This document shows positions 8,750 to 17,577 of a DNA stretch of 64,000 nucleotides, piece by piece. The notes under the pieces are model-generated. The model did not search any database. It saw only the letters and a list, made by a program, of their open reading frames with translations, and was not told where the DNA came from. Location of the stretch: IMG/VR virus record IMGVR_UViG_3300032236_000747, positions 248,001 through 312,000 of that record, one strand, 5' to 3'. Position numbers and translations under genes: made by a program. Within the stretch, counting starts at the first letter, position 1; every line of letters begins with the position of its first letter.

Positions 8750-8826
8750 TGGTGCGTCGAACAGGGCTCGAACCTGTGACCCAGCGATTATGAGTCGCTT
8801 GCTCTAACCAACTGAGCTATCAACGC
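8750..8826 (-). tRNA. tRNA with CAT anticodon, most likely tRNA-Ile2 (lysidine type)
   Basis: Cloverleaf: acceptor GCGTTGA/TCGACGC, D arm AGCTCAGTTGGTTAGAGC, anticodon arm AGCGA-CTCATAA-TCGCT (ileX-like), T loop GGTTCGAGCC, encoded CCA; own promoter at 8839-8867. Confidence 0.92.
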
Positions 8827-8850
8827 ATCATAGTATCTATTATACAGCCT

Positions 8851-9078
8851 CTAGGCCCGTTTGTCAACCTTAGCAGCGGGGTCTCTACGTATATACCTAT
8901 ATACTCGTTCATAGATGATCGAATCCTCAGCAGCTAGCTCAGTTAACATGCCCACAAGTAGTCCCAACTCATAGACAACCTTTAGGTGATGATCCCGATC
9001 TCGATACTCACTACTAGCTAGTCTAGCATTGAGCATATCATAGATGTGCTGCTGTATACGTTGATGACGATGATCCAT
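8851..9078 (-). CDS. Hypothetical protein
   Basis: Start moved to the ATG at 9078, which sits 5 nt below a TAAATA late-promoter motif. Confidence 0.65.
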   Translation of the reverse strand: MDHRHQRIQQHIYDMLNARLASSEYRDRDHHLKVVYELGLLVGMLTELAAEDSIIYERVYRYIRRDPAAKVDKRA

Positions 9079-9084
9079 GCTAGT

Positions 9085-9680
9085 ATTTACATACACGTAT
9101 ATAACTCACATAGTGCTAGTACACGTATGTATATACACATACACGTATATACACTGTGTAGCGTATATACAACACTGTATAAAATCACAGTTGACAACTC
9201 ACACATATACATATACGTATACTAGCCATATGCACGCAGCGGGGTCTTATACAGTGTATATAGATCTACCTAGACTCACAGTATATACAGTGATCTATGG
9301 TGGGAGAACCGTGGGAAAGAATCAGGAAGATTCTAGGCCGAAACGGTGGAAAATATGGCCTGAAAAACCGTGAAAATGTTGTTTTTATCATGAATTAAGG
9401 TAAAAAATATCTTGACCATTTTGGAGAGGCAGGCTATGCACAAATACCCCAAGCCATTAACTGCTCAGATAACCGAGTTATCCACAGCCTATCCACAGCC
9501 TATCCACAACCTTTACACAGCTTGTTCATAGTTCAACGTTCTCACAGCTTCTCTACTGTATATACGTATATGTGTATATGCCTTATACACGCAGCGGGGT
9601 CTTATACTGTGTATACGCATACACATAGACTTACAGTGAGTTTCTAGACTAGTCTATGTGTATATGTGTATATACGTACT
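9085..9680. other. Putative replication origin or DnaA-binding locus
   Basis: Non-coding; alternating purine-pyrimidine tracts on both sides; direct repeat ACGCAGCGGGGTCTTATAC at 9234 and 9589; three AAC(C/G)GTG(G/A) repeats at 9306, 9341 and 9365; AT-rich segment; DnaA-box array; near the gene-strand switch. Confidence 0.5.
9478..9530 (+). repeat. DnaA-box array with 11-bp period
   Basis: TTATCCACA (9478), CTATCCACA (9489), CTATCCACA (9500), CTTTACACA (9511), TTGTTCATA (9522), each separated by 2 bp. Confidence 0.7.
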
Positions 9681-10266
9681 AGTAGGTTACGCCCAGAGCT
9701 TTGCGTCCAGGACTAGCATGATCACCACAAGCATAGGTCTTTTCGTAGTGACACATCATACACAGAGTTTGGAGATTTGAAGGATCATTGTTAGTGGGAT
9801 TACCATCTATGTGATCTACCTGCAGCTGACCTGTGAGTCTTATAGTATGTGTGCAAGGATATCCTAGTACGTGTCCGTCCAGATTTTCACAGTGATCTTT
9901 GCGATATTGACGATATGGATGCTGGCTGTTCTTCCAATCAACATAGCTTTTAAAGCCTTCTTTGTGTGCGCAGACATCGTGCACAGTTTTAACCCACTCA
10001 GCATCAGGGTGTTTGGCCGCGTATTTTCTTGCTGTATTAGCATCGTGACAGCTCTTGCACACAGTTCTATACACAGGTTTTGCCGAAGTCCAGTGCCAAT
10101 CTTGTACGATTCTTGGGTTGGTGCACTGTGGAGTTGAGCAAGTGGGATGTTCAGTTAGGTCGTTGTAGCTGGGATGTCTGCGTCTAGGTGTGCCCTGTTC
10201 GCGAGCTAGATTGCGTGCTGTTTTATGATTAAGGGCGTTGAGTTCTTTGATTGTATAACGTGCCAT
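9679..10266 (-). CDS. HNH endonuclease with N-terminal Zn-finger motifs
   Basis: LQVDHIDGNPTNNDPSNLQTLCMMCH; additional CxxC motifs. Confidence 0.8.
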   Translation of the reverse strand: MARYTIKELNALNHKTARNLAREQGTPRRRHPSYNDLTEHPTCSTPQCTNPRIVQDWHWTSAKPVYRTVCKSCHDANTARKYAAKHPDAEWVKTVHDVCAHKEGFKSYVDWKNSQHPYRQYRKDHCENLDGHVLGYPCTHTIRLTGQLQVDHIDGNPTNNDPSNLQTLCMMCHYEKTYACGDHASPGRKALGVTY

Positions 10267-10375
10267 GATGAGTGTATAATGCTAAAAAATCTGCGCTGAG
10301 TGCTAGCGCACACATGTACAAATATACAGTATTCCCGGTTAGTCTTCAACGACAAGGTTTGCCATAAATATCCTT

Positions 10376-11815
10376 ATGCGCTACAATGAATTTGTTATCA
10401 AGGAAGACTTTGGCTATGCTTGGAGATTTGAGAATCCTCCCGGGGCTTTGCCAGTTAAACTAGCCACTAATACCAACCGTGAGGGCTTTATCGACGCAGA
10501 GACTTGGCCCGCAGAGGACGGCCGGGGTGTGATGCTACATCTACACTCTGTGGCCGCAGGCTGGTATTTCAGTGACGATCCCATAGAAGGATGGGTGGAC
10601 TTTGTCTGCAACATCGACAATGTCAAGGGGGGTAAGATCACTGAAACAGACTACTCCAATCCCAGCAACAGCTATGAACCCGAGCTTGATTATGACACAC
10701 TGTGGGGTGAAATCACTGAGCTGGTTGACTACTTTCGCAAGGCCTATGGTAATACCTGGAAAGAAGTAGAAGATGAGCTAGTGGGCGGGTGGACTGTTGA
10801 CGAAGCTAGAGAACCTCAACCCTCGCTGTGGCCAGGTAGATTGGGTCCACAACGTGATCTCAGCACAGAAGAAATAGACCATATCACGGACTTTACACTG
10901 AGCTGGGACTTTGACGGCCACGACGAGAACTATGATCCCTACAGGGCCTTTGAAGATGCCAGCCACGATGAACTAGGCGATGCTGTACAGGTACACTGGG
11001 GAAATCTTCTGGATGCCAGCGGGCTAGCCACTGACTATTCTAGACTATCTAGCCCTGATGCAGACAATGTGGCCCGTCTTTTGGAACTCCTAGATGATGC
11101 CCGCAAGGAAGCTGAACAGGTCTGGGAAAGCAGGATCGTTGAAACACCACAGGACGAAAACGCCATACACGAACTAGCCCAGGGTATAATCAAATGGCTG
11201 TTAGATCACATAGACAGCATACGTGATGGCTACATAGGCGGGGGTGACCTCAAGGGTGTGATAAACATAGGCACCATAGAGGACCTCACGGGCTATCTAC
11301 GCAAGCATAGAAAACAGGGCTCTATCAATGACGTGCATGGGCGTGATGCTGCTGCCCTAGAGACCATAGTCAAAGATACCCGCATGGGCCTAATACACCC
11401 CATGCCCGATGATGCTGAGGGTGCCTACAACGCAGGCCTCAAGTTCCTTATCTTGGATCTAGAACTGGTTAAAAAGAGCCCACCACGCATGTTGGGCACT
11501 ATCATGCATGAACTACGCCATGCCCTAGACTCCAGCAAGAGCAATGATCGCTTCAATAAAAAAGACGATGCCAAGAACTATATATTTCAGCCTCTTGAGA
11601 TCAACGCACGTTTTACACAGGCCCTAGACGATATACGCAAAATGGCGGCCAAGAACCCCCAGCCCGAGCTGCTCATGGATATCATCAAGTTCAACCTGAA
11701 CAAACACAATATACGACAGATATTCCCCGGGGGTACAAAAAGCCCCAGATATCGCAGACTAGTTAACAGAGTGTACCAGCAACTAGAGTACCATAAAGGA
11801 AAGACCAAGCCATGA
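10376..11815 (+). CDS. Putative internal head protein with C-terminal HEXXH metallopeptidase-like domain
   Basis: IMHELRHALD...EINARF; N-terminus MRYNEFVIKE; TAAATA-N5-ATG. Confidence 0.65.
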   Translation: MRYNEFVIKEDFGYAWRFENPPGALPVKLATNTNREGFIDAETWPAEDGRGVMLHLHSVAAGWYFSDDPIEGWVDFVCNIDNVKGGKITETDYSNPSNSYEPELDYDTLWGEITELVDYFRKAYGNTWKEVEDELVGGWTVDEAREPQPSLWPGRLGPQRDLSTEEIDHITDFTLSWDFDGHDENYDPYRAFEDASHDELGDAVQVHWGNLLDASGLATDYSRLSSPDADNVARLLELLDDARKEAEQVWESRIVETPQDENAIHELAQGIIKWLLDHIDSIRDGYIGGGDLKGVINIGTIEDLTGYLRKHRKQGSINDVHGRDAAALETIVKDTRMGLIHPMPDDAEGAYNAGLKFLILDLELVKKSPPRMLGTIMHELRHALDSSKSNDRFNKKDDAKNYIFQPLEINARFTQALDDIRKMAAKNPQPELLMDIIKFNLNKHNIRQIFPGGTKSPRYRRLVNRVYQQLEYHKGKTKP

Positions 11816-12222
11816 GATTCAACGAATTCACCCAACCCCCACAGCAGCCAAGTCAGCCAAAGATGCCCGAATACGACTTCGAAGCTGAACTAGATCTCAG
11901 TGACATTGTCAAGGGCCTACTATGGGGTAGCACCAGCAAGTGGGACTACAGCAACAGCATCGTTGGGGTAGTATCCGGCGTAGAGTATCATGATACCAAG
12001 CGTGGCCCAGATACCTTGGCAGTAGTGGATGTCTATGAAGTATGGGCACCCATAGGCGTTGACGACGAGGGCGAAGGCGGCGATTGGGTAGACATCAAGG
12101 GTGAACTAGACAGTGAAACCATAGATAGTCTAGAAGAACAGGCTGTGGAGCATGAGCAGTGGAAAAACCGCAATACCTTTAGCCATGCTAGGTATATAAC
12201 CCGCAGTGACTTTGAGAACTAA
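11812..12222 (+). CDS. Hypothetical acidic protein (MRFNEF N-terminus)
   Basis: Coupled to the upstream gene. Confidence 0.7.
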   Translation: MRFNEFTQPPQQPSQPKMPEYDFEAELDLSDIVKGLLWGSTSKWDYSNSIVGVVSGVEYHDTKRGPDTLAVVDVYEVWAPIGVDDEGEGGDWVDIKGELDSETIDSLEEQAVEHEQWKNRNTFSHARYITRSDFEN

Positions 12223-13010
12223 GGACCTGGGCTGAATATAGGCCTAGCAGCCAGGCTATCGGCAGGGGGTTCTAGTATAGTCCACTCAGTGCCCAATACA
12301 GGCGTTAGGTGTATGTGGCTGCGTGGTATCCAATACTTGTCACCCTCGATCTGCATTTGATCAACAATATTACTAAACACTGAATCCAGTAAGATAAGGG
12401 CCTGCGCACCCTCGAGTATCTTTAACCAATCAAAGACATTGTCTGTTTGTAAAGTTATGTTTATGACCTGCCAATCTATGGGTATGGCGCTGAGATCAGC
12501 ATCACACTTGTAGGTGCTGCCTTCTGTGTGTACGACCACATAGTTGGGGTTGGCGACTAGTTTGTTGTAGAGGGCCTGCTCACGGGCAGGGTTACGTGTA
12601 ATACATTCAGCTAGAGTCCACTTCTTTAAAAAGGGCACACCTGCCTTTGAATACTTGAACTCATCAAAGTGCTGTATTTGAAAGAAGGGCTGCTTGCTGA
12701 GCTCGGGTACGATGTTGAGAGCCTGATACAAACAGATAATCTCGTCACATTTAAGTGCTTTTAATCTTTTCATGGGCTCAGCGTAGAAAAACTGTCCCTG
12801 ATTGTCTTCTGGAATAGGGATCCACTGTACCCAGGGTGCTGTTTCTTTGACAGAGCCCCAAAAGGCTTCACACACGGGCCATACAACAGTATGCCCTTGA
12901 TCTACATATGCTTTGGCTATGGGTAGAGTGATAACAATATCACCTAGCCCTCTTGATTGTATAATACCTATTTTCATATTTTTAGTTATCGAAGTCAAAT
13001 AGCTGCTCAA
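12219..13010 (-). CDS. Glycosyltransferase, GT9 / heptosyltransferase-like
   Basis: KIGIIQSRGLGDIVITLP; C-terminal LILLDS motif. Confidence 0.65.
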   Translation of the reverse strand: MSSYLTSITKNMKIGIIQSRGLGDIVITLPIAKAYVDQGHTVVWPVCEAFWGSVKETAPWVQWIPIPEDNQGQFFYAEPMKRLKALKCDEIICLYQALNIVPELSKQPFFQIQHFDEFKYSKAGVPFLKKWTLAECITRNPAREQALYNKLVANPNYVVVHTEGSTYKCDADLSAIPIDWQVINITLQTDNVFDWLKILEGAQALILLDSVFSNIVDQMQIEGDKYWIPRSHIHLTPVLGTEWTILEPPADSLAARPIFSPGP

Positions 13011-13932
13011 CTAATGTTGGCGGAGGTAAGGCCACGGCCGCTGCGGGTATCGTGGCACTGTGTAAGAGTATTTCTTCTGCTGCCTTGGCTGTGTGTGTGG
13101 CTACGTTGTTTTCATCTACGCCTCGGGCACGCCTACCTGCTGTGTAGGTGATTGGGTATTTCTTTAACAACAGTTGCCCTTGATTACTGGTATAGAAGTT
13201 ATCGCCGGCTTCTCGGTTACAGTAGAACACAATATCGCCTGCTAGGTCTTGTTGTTTACAAAAGTTTATCAGTGTTAGATGATCGGCGTCTGTGAACGTT
13301 TGCCCATAGCTAGTAAAGCTGTCTCTATAGGGTGGGTCAAAGAACCAAAAGGTCTTGCCCTGAGTGTGCGGAACAACATTGCTCCAGTTGCCACAATAGA
13401 TATCTACCTGCTGTAGGAATGCATTCCACTCTATGACATTGTCCTTGTCATAGACCTTGGAGGTTTGATTTAACAGTCCGCTGGGGGTAGCAAAGCGTCC
13501 ATTACTGGTTTTATTGGTTTGCCAAATACCGTTGAAGCCCGTTTTCATCAAGAAGTAGAGGCTAGCACTTTCATCAGTGGCTGACCACTGTGTCCAGTTA
13601 GTGGTGTACTCTGTGCGCAGAGTATAGTAGAATGCCTTGCGATCTACCTTAGACAAGGGCAAGTATTGCGCAGTCAGCTGATCCATACGTGCCATAAAGG
13701 CCAAGTGATCTGTTTTGATTGCTGTGTAGATACCCACAATCTCTGCGTTGATATCATTGAGCACAAACTTTGTTACACTTGGACAGTGGTCTTTGACCCA
13801 GCACATCATTGCGCCACCCCCAAAGAATGGCTCAGCAAATGTATCGTATTGAGTCGTGGGTATTCCGGGATCCGCAATATACTTGGGGATCATCTTGTTC
13901 TTGCCGCCTGCCCATATATACAATGGCTTCAT
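12982..13932 (-). CDS. DNA adenine methyltransferase (Dam / D12 class)
   Basis: WAGGK, EPFFGGG (motif I), LNDIN, FFDPPY (motif IV). Confidence 0.9.
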   Translation of the reverse strand: MKPLYIWAGGKNKMIPKYIADPGIPTTQYDTFAEPFFGGGAMMCWVKDHCPSVTKFVLNDINAEIVGIYTAIKTDHLAFMARMDQLTAQYLPLSKVDRKAFYYTLRTEYTTNWTQWSATDESASLYFLMKTGFNGIWQTNKTSNGRFATPSGLLNQTSKVYDKDNVIEWNAFLQQVDIYCGNWSNVVPHTQGKTFWFFDPPYRDSFTSYGQTFTDADHLTLINFCKQQDLAGDIVFYCNREAGDNFYTSNQGQLLLKKYPITYTAGRRARGVDENNVATHTAKAAEEILLHSATIPAAAVALPPPTLVEQLFDFDN

Positions 13933-14801
13933 ATTGTTATATTAACATATCCGTCTGTGATAGCCTGTGTATCTCCAGATCTTTCTGACTTCCAACTAAA
14001 CTTCAGTGATGTAAAGATAGATAGATCAGTGATATCTGCGATATTGGCTATGAGTTTCTTGTCTTGATCAATGATGATTAGACTGTTCCAACTATCAATG
14101 TCCTTGTACCAACCTAGTACTCTATGTCCGATGATGTTGTTAAAATCGTTGCCATCTTTGGCGTTAACTAGTTCAGCACACATTGCGTCAATGTCGTGCC
14201 CCGGGTATAGTTTACCGAAATATTCTTTGTAGATAGCCAAAGGATCGGGCTTAGTTTTAATCCAATCCTGATGGCCGCTGAACTTGGTAACGGGTCCTGC
14301 CCTGTTGCCTTCAAAAACTGTTCTATTAAGCTCGTCTTGTACACGAATGGCTTCTGCCAAAGGTTTAAGACTAGCGCCGTTGTTCTTTAGTTCACGGATG
14401 CCTCCGGCAACTCTACCATCACCCTTGCCATCTGTGCGTTCAAAGGTCCAGCCTTGGATAACCATGGCCAAATACAGCTCGCCTACGCCTAGACCCTTGC
14501 CCTTGAACTCTACTAGAGTGGGCATGAGTCTTTGCCAAGTCTTGTTATTCTTTAATGCTAGGGGATAAAGCTCTTCAAAGTTTAACATGAAGTTAGTGTT
14601 AAACTTAGCGCCTCCTACTAGCTGTGCGTCATCCATTAAAATATCTAGCATTTCGAACCCGTCACCTTCATGTGTGTGGGCTAACCAAGCGTGTGCTAGG
14701 AAATGCTTACAAAATGCTGTTAGTCCAATCTTCTTGGACGGCATCATTTTTCTTTTTGTTAACAGTTGGTTTACTTTCTTTTCGAAGTCGTTGATCGACA
14801 T
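13929..14801 (-). CDS. Putative PD-(D/E)xK restriction endonuclease
   Basis: GVGELYL...GDG...RELK motif; translationally coupled to the MTase; own promoter TTGACA-17-TAGTAT at 14822-14850. Confidence 0.45.
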   Translation of the reverse strand: MSINDFEKKVNQLLTKRKMMPSKKIGLTAFCKHFLAHAWLAHTHEGDGFEMLDILMDDAQLVGGAKFNTNFMLNFEELYPLALKNNKTWQRLMPTLVEFKGKGLGVGELYLAMVIQGWTFERTDGKGDGRVAGGIRELKNNGASLKPLAEAIRVQDELNRTVFEGNRAGPVTKFSGHQDWIKTKPDPLAIYKEYFGKLYPGHDIDAMCAELVNAKDGNDFNNIIGHRVLGWYKDIDSWNSLIIIDQDKKLIANIADITDLSIFTSLKFSWKSERSGDTQAITDGYVNITI

Positions 14802-14864
14802 GTGTCTCTACCTTATACAGTATACTACACTGTATAGAAACACATGTCAAAGTTTTTGAGCGTC

Positions 14865-15641
14865 TTAGAAATAGTAGCCGTTTGGCTGCTTAGGAAAGTA
14901 GCATTCGTTGCGTTCGATTGGCAAATCTCTACGGCCTTCGCAGTAGAACTCAGCACCCAAACCAATAGCCAATGATAGGGCTACACTTTGGTTGCCAATA
15001 AATGCGCCAACACCTTTGATTAGGTTAGCAACTTCCAACAATGTAGTTGTGGGTTGATACTTACAATCTTTCCAATCAGTCAACTTGACAAAGTCTTCGT
15101 ATTCATTTGGCAAGCCAACAAACAATGCTTCTTGGTCCAAACCGTCTGCCTTCCATTGATCGTAGGCAGGATTACGCTCTCCTGGAACCCAACGACCTGT
15201 GCGGTTAACAATAACACTGATGCCTTCTGGCGCCATTGGTGTAGGCGCAGTGAGCCAAGGCGTTGTTCTTAGTTGTTCTTTAACAACAGGATCATTAATA
15301 CCAAAACAACCTGCGTAGATATCTACATAGTTGCCAGGGTGTCCAACAAACGGAACTCTAAAGCGATCTAGGTTATGGGTAACTTCGTGCTTCTTTGGAT
15401 CCAAGGGTTCGAATGATTCGATATATGTCTGTGCCAGCATAAAGGATTTCATGAACTCGTAGTCTTTGAGATTCATTCTGCCTTGATGGAATGGATTTGG
15501 ATCTGCTCCGTAAAAATGCTTGCCAATCCAATCTATTTGATTCATGTGTAAGTAGAACTTACCGCCGCCTGTGTATTGAGCAATGGGTAGACTGTAGATT
15601 AAATCGCCCAAAGTGCCCGAGTGTTTGTATGAGTTTGCCAC
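14865..15641 (-). CDS. Glycosyltransferase, GT9-like
   Basis: HSGTLGDLIYSLP; LLEVANLI...FIGNQS...LAIGLG. Confidence 0.65.
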   Translation of the reverse strand: MANSYKHSGTLGDLIYSLPIAQYTGGGKFYLHMNQIDWIGKHFYGADPNPFHQGRMNLKDYEFMKSFMLAQTYIESFEPLDPKKHEVTHNLDRFRVPFVGHPGNYVDIYAGCFGINDPVVKEQLRTTPWLTAPTPMAPEGISVIVNRTGRWVPGERNPAYDQWKADGLDQEALFVGLPNEYEDFVKLTDWKDCKYQPTTTLLEVANLIKGVGAFIGNQSVALSLAIGLGAEFYCEGRRDLPIERNECYFPKQPNGYYF

Positions 15642-15673
15642 TATAGTACTTCCTTTGTAATATTTACAACTCC

Positions 15674-15713
15674 ATTGTACACGATTGACAGATCCTGGTC
15701 AATAGTGTATAAT
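15674..15713. promoter_or_regulatory. Overlapping divergent sigma70 promoters
   Basis: Plus strand TTGACA(15685)-17-TATAAT(15708); minus strand TTGACC(15702)-17-TACAAT(15679); the two -35 boxes form the palindrome ATTGAC-N8-GTCAAT. Confidence 0.75.
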
Positions 15714-15796
15714 AGCTCATTATCCTGCCGTTTTGTAGCCATATGAAGCGTCAATGATAACTATTATATCAAGCAAACTAGCAAAAGGAGGTCTTT

Positions 15797-16375
15797 ATGA
15801 CGGAATTGATACTAGATAGAGCGGAAAGTAACACACAAAAAGCAGAAGCAGTTAGCAAACTGTTTACAATCGTATTAATGCTTTTGGGAGTATGGTTAAG
15901 CGTAGACATGCTTACATACGCCGTTCATCACAAACTAGAAACTGCAGAGGTTGTTGGAGACAACAGCGTGACAACAGCAGTAAGAGAAAGACAGTTAACC
16001 TGTCTAGCTAAAAATATATACCATGAAGCAGGATCAGAGCCATTTGAAGGTAAGGTCGCTGTCGCACAGGTAACATTAAACAGGGCTAACAACAGTCAGT
16101 TCCCTGGAGATGTATGTAACGTTATCTATCAAAAGAACGTTATCTACAGTAAAGTAATATGCCAGTTCAGTTGGGCCTGTGATAGGGATACCAGCGTCAG
16201 GCCTATCAACAAAGCCATGTACAATGAAAGCGAACTGGTTGCCCGCAAGGTGCTACTAGAAGGATTTAGATTGCCTAGTTTAAATCAAGCATTGTATTAT
16301 CATGCTGACTACATAGACCCGCACTGGCGTAGAGAACGTATTACGTCAATCGGACACCATATCTTTTACAAATGA
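15797..16375 (+). CDS. Cell wall hydrolase, SleB / Hydrolase_2 family, with N-terminal TM anchor
   Basis: CLAKNIYHEAGSEP..GKVAVAQVTLNR, CQFSW, IGHHIFY. Confidence 0.9.
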   Translation: MTELILDRAESNTQKAEAVSKLFTIVLMLLGVWLSVDMLTYAVHHKLETAEVVGDNSVTTAVRERQLTCLAKNIYHEAGSEPFEGKVAVAQVTLNRANNSQFPGDVCNVIYQKNVIYSKVICQFSWACDRDTSVRPINKAMYNESELVARKVLLEGFRLPSLNQALYYHADYIDPHWRRERITSIGHHIFYK

Positions 16376-16713
16376 GAAAGCAGTATATGAATAGACAACT
16401 TATGGAACTAGTAGCTAAATGGCCACGTTGGATTTGGTATTTCTTGCGTGATCATCTAGGCAAGGTTAGTGCTCACACACTAGGATGGATGAGCATTATC
16501 TTATGTCACTTTGCTGCCATTCCTACACTGTTAGCTGTGCTACTTGGGCAAAGTGATAAGCTACCTCCTGTAGATCTTATGGTCTTTATTTGGGCAGCTT
16601 TAACTACAATGTTCTTTAAATCACTCATTGAAAAGAACTTCTTGTATCTTTCTACAATCTGTTTGGGATTTGTGGCCCAAACCATTATCATGGGTCTGAT
16701 CCTGTTCAAATAA
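16372..16713 (+). CDS. Three-TM membrane protein, holin candidate
   Basis: Three hydrophobic helices; coupled to the hydrolase gene. Confidence 0.5.
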   Translation: MRKQYMNRQLMELVAKWPRWIWYFLRDHLGKVSAHTLGWMSIILCHFAAIPTLLAVLLGQSDKLPPVDLMVFIWAALTTMFFKSLIEKNFLYLSTICLGFVAQTIIMGLILFK

Positions 16714-16720
16714 ATAATGG

Positions 16721-17176
16721 ATGCCCCAGAACAATCCACCACAAGATCTACGTAAACTTCTTGCTAGCCTACAGCAAGATCTAGCAAGAGCAGAAGCTGC
16801 CTACGCTTCTGCACAGCAGATCACTAAACCTATCAAAGAAGTCAATGGTATTACAAACTCTATCATAAGAGAAATCAGTGACCTAATCGAACAACAGGGA
16901 AGACCTGTTGAGATTCGCTACGAGATTAATGAAATAGATGAAGCTGCACACAAACTAGTAGCCAAAATATATGCTTTGGAAGATATATTTGAAGAGTCCG
17001 TCAAGAATCTACGCAGTAACATCGAAGACGTAGAATATGACATAGAAAATGGCGAAGATGAGCCGTGGACAGTGAGAGAATCATCTCTAGCTGAACAGCA
17101 TATGAACAAACTACGCAACAAGATTCTGTACACAGAGCAACTCCTTGCCTACAAGAAACTAAAAAGCAATAAATAA
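16721..17176 (+). CDS. Coiled-coil hypothetical protein
   Basis: Heptad-like composition; TAAATA upstream. Confidence 0.7.
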   Translation: MPQNNPPQDLRKLLASLQQDLARAEAAYASAQQITKPIKEVNGITNSIIREISDLIEQQGRPVEIRYEINEIDEAAHKLVAKIYALEDIFEESVKNLRSNIEDVEYDIENGEDEPWTVRESSLAEQHMNKLRNKILYTEQLLAYKKLKSNK

Positions 17177-17180
17177 AACT

Positions 17181-17546
17181 ATGAGAGCACAAGAGTTTAC
17201 CAAAGAAGCAAGAGATCACGGACCAGGGCACAATAACATGATGCCCACGGAAGATCATTCTAGTCATCGCATGACTAACAATACAATGCCATATGAAGAA
17301 AGCCGTGTTGAAGCATTGAGAAAAAACATTGCTACATTGGAACAGCAAATCCTAGAAAAGACCAGCGCCAAACTTTGCCGCAGTCCTAAGAAGCTAGGCA
17401 ACAGTGATCAAAGCTCTTGTGTAGCACAAGGTCTACGTGCTCACACCAGTAAAGGCAAAGGCCACACAGATGGCAAAGGTCACTACCTAAAAGGTCATAG
17501 AGCTAAAAGTACTAAGTACGGCGGCGACGTTCCTGATTACAGTTAA
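17181..17546 (+). CDS. Putative internal head protein (MRAQEFTKEA) with basic His-rich C-terminus
   Basis: TAAATA-N5-ATG; capsid-targeting-like N-terminus. Confidence 0.6.
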   Translation: MRAQEFTKEARDHGPGHNNMMPTEDHSSHRMTNNTMPYEESRVEALRKNIATLEQQILEKTSAKLCRSPKKLGNSDQSSCVAQGLRAHTSKGKGHTDGKGHYLKGHRAKSTKYGGDVPDYS

Positions 17547-17577
17547 TATCCTGTAGAAGGATCATGAGTAGTATTAA

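Noticed and set aside
1883-9373. Plus-strand ORFs in the early region (e.g. 3283..3873, 7829..8251, 9077..9373) and short antisense ORFs inside the structural and rSAM genes
   Set aside because: They shadow better-supported opposite-strand genes or low-complexity DNA, and lack SD sites, promoters and protein motifs.
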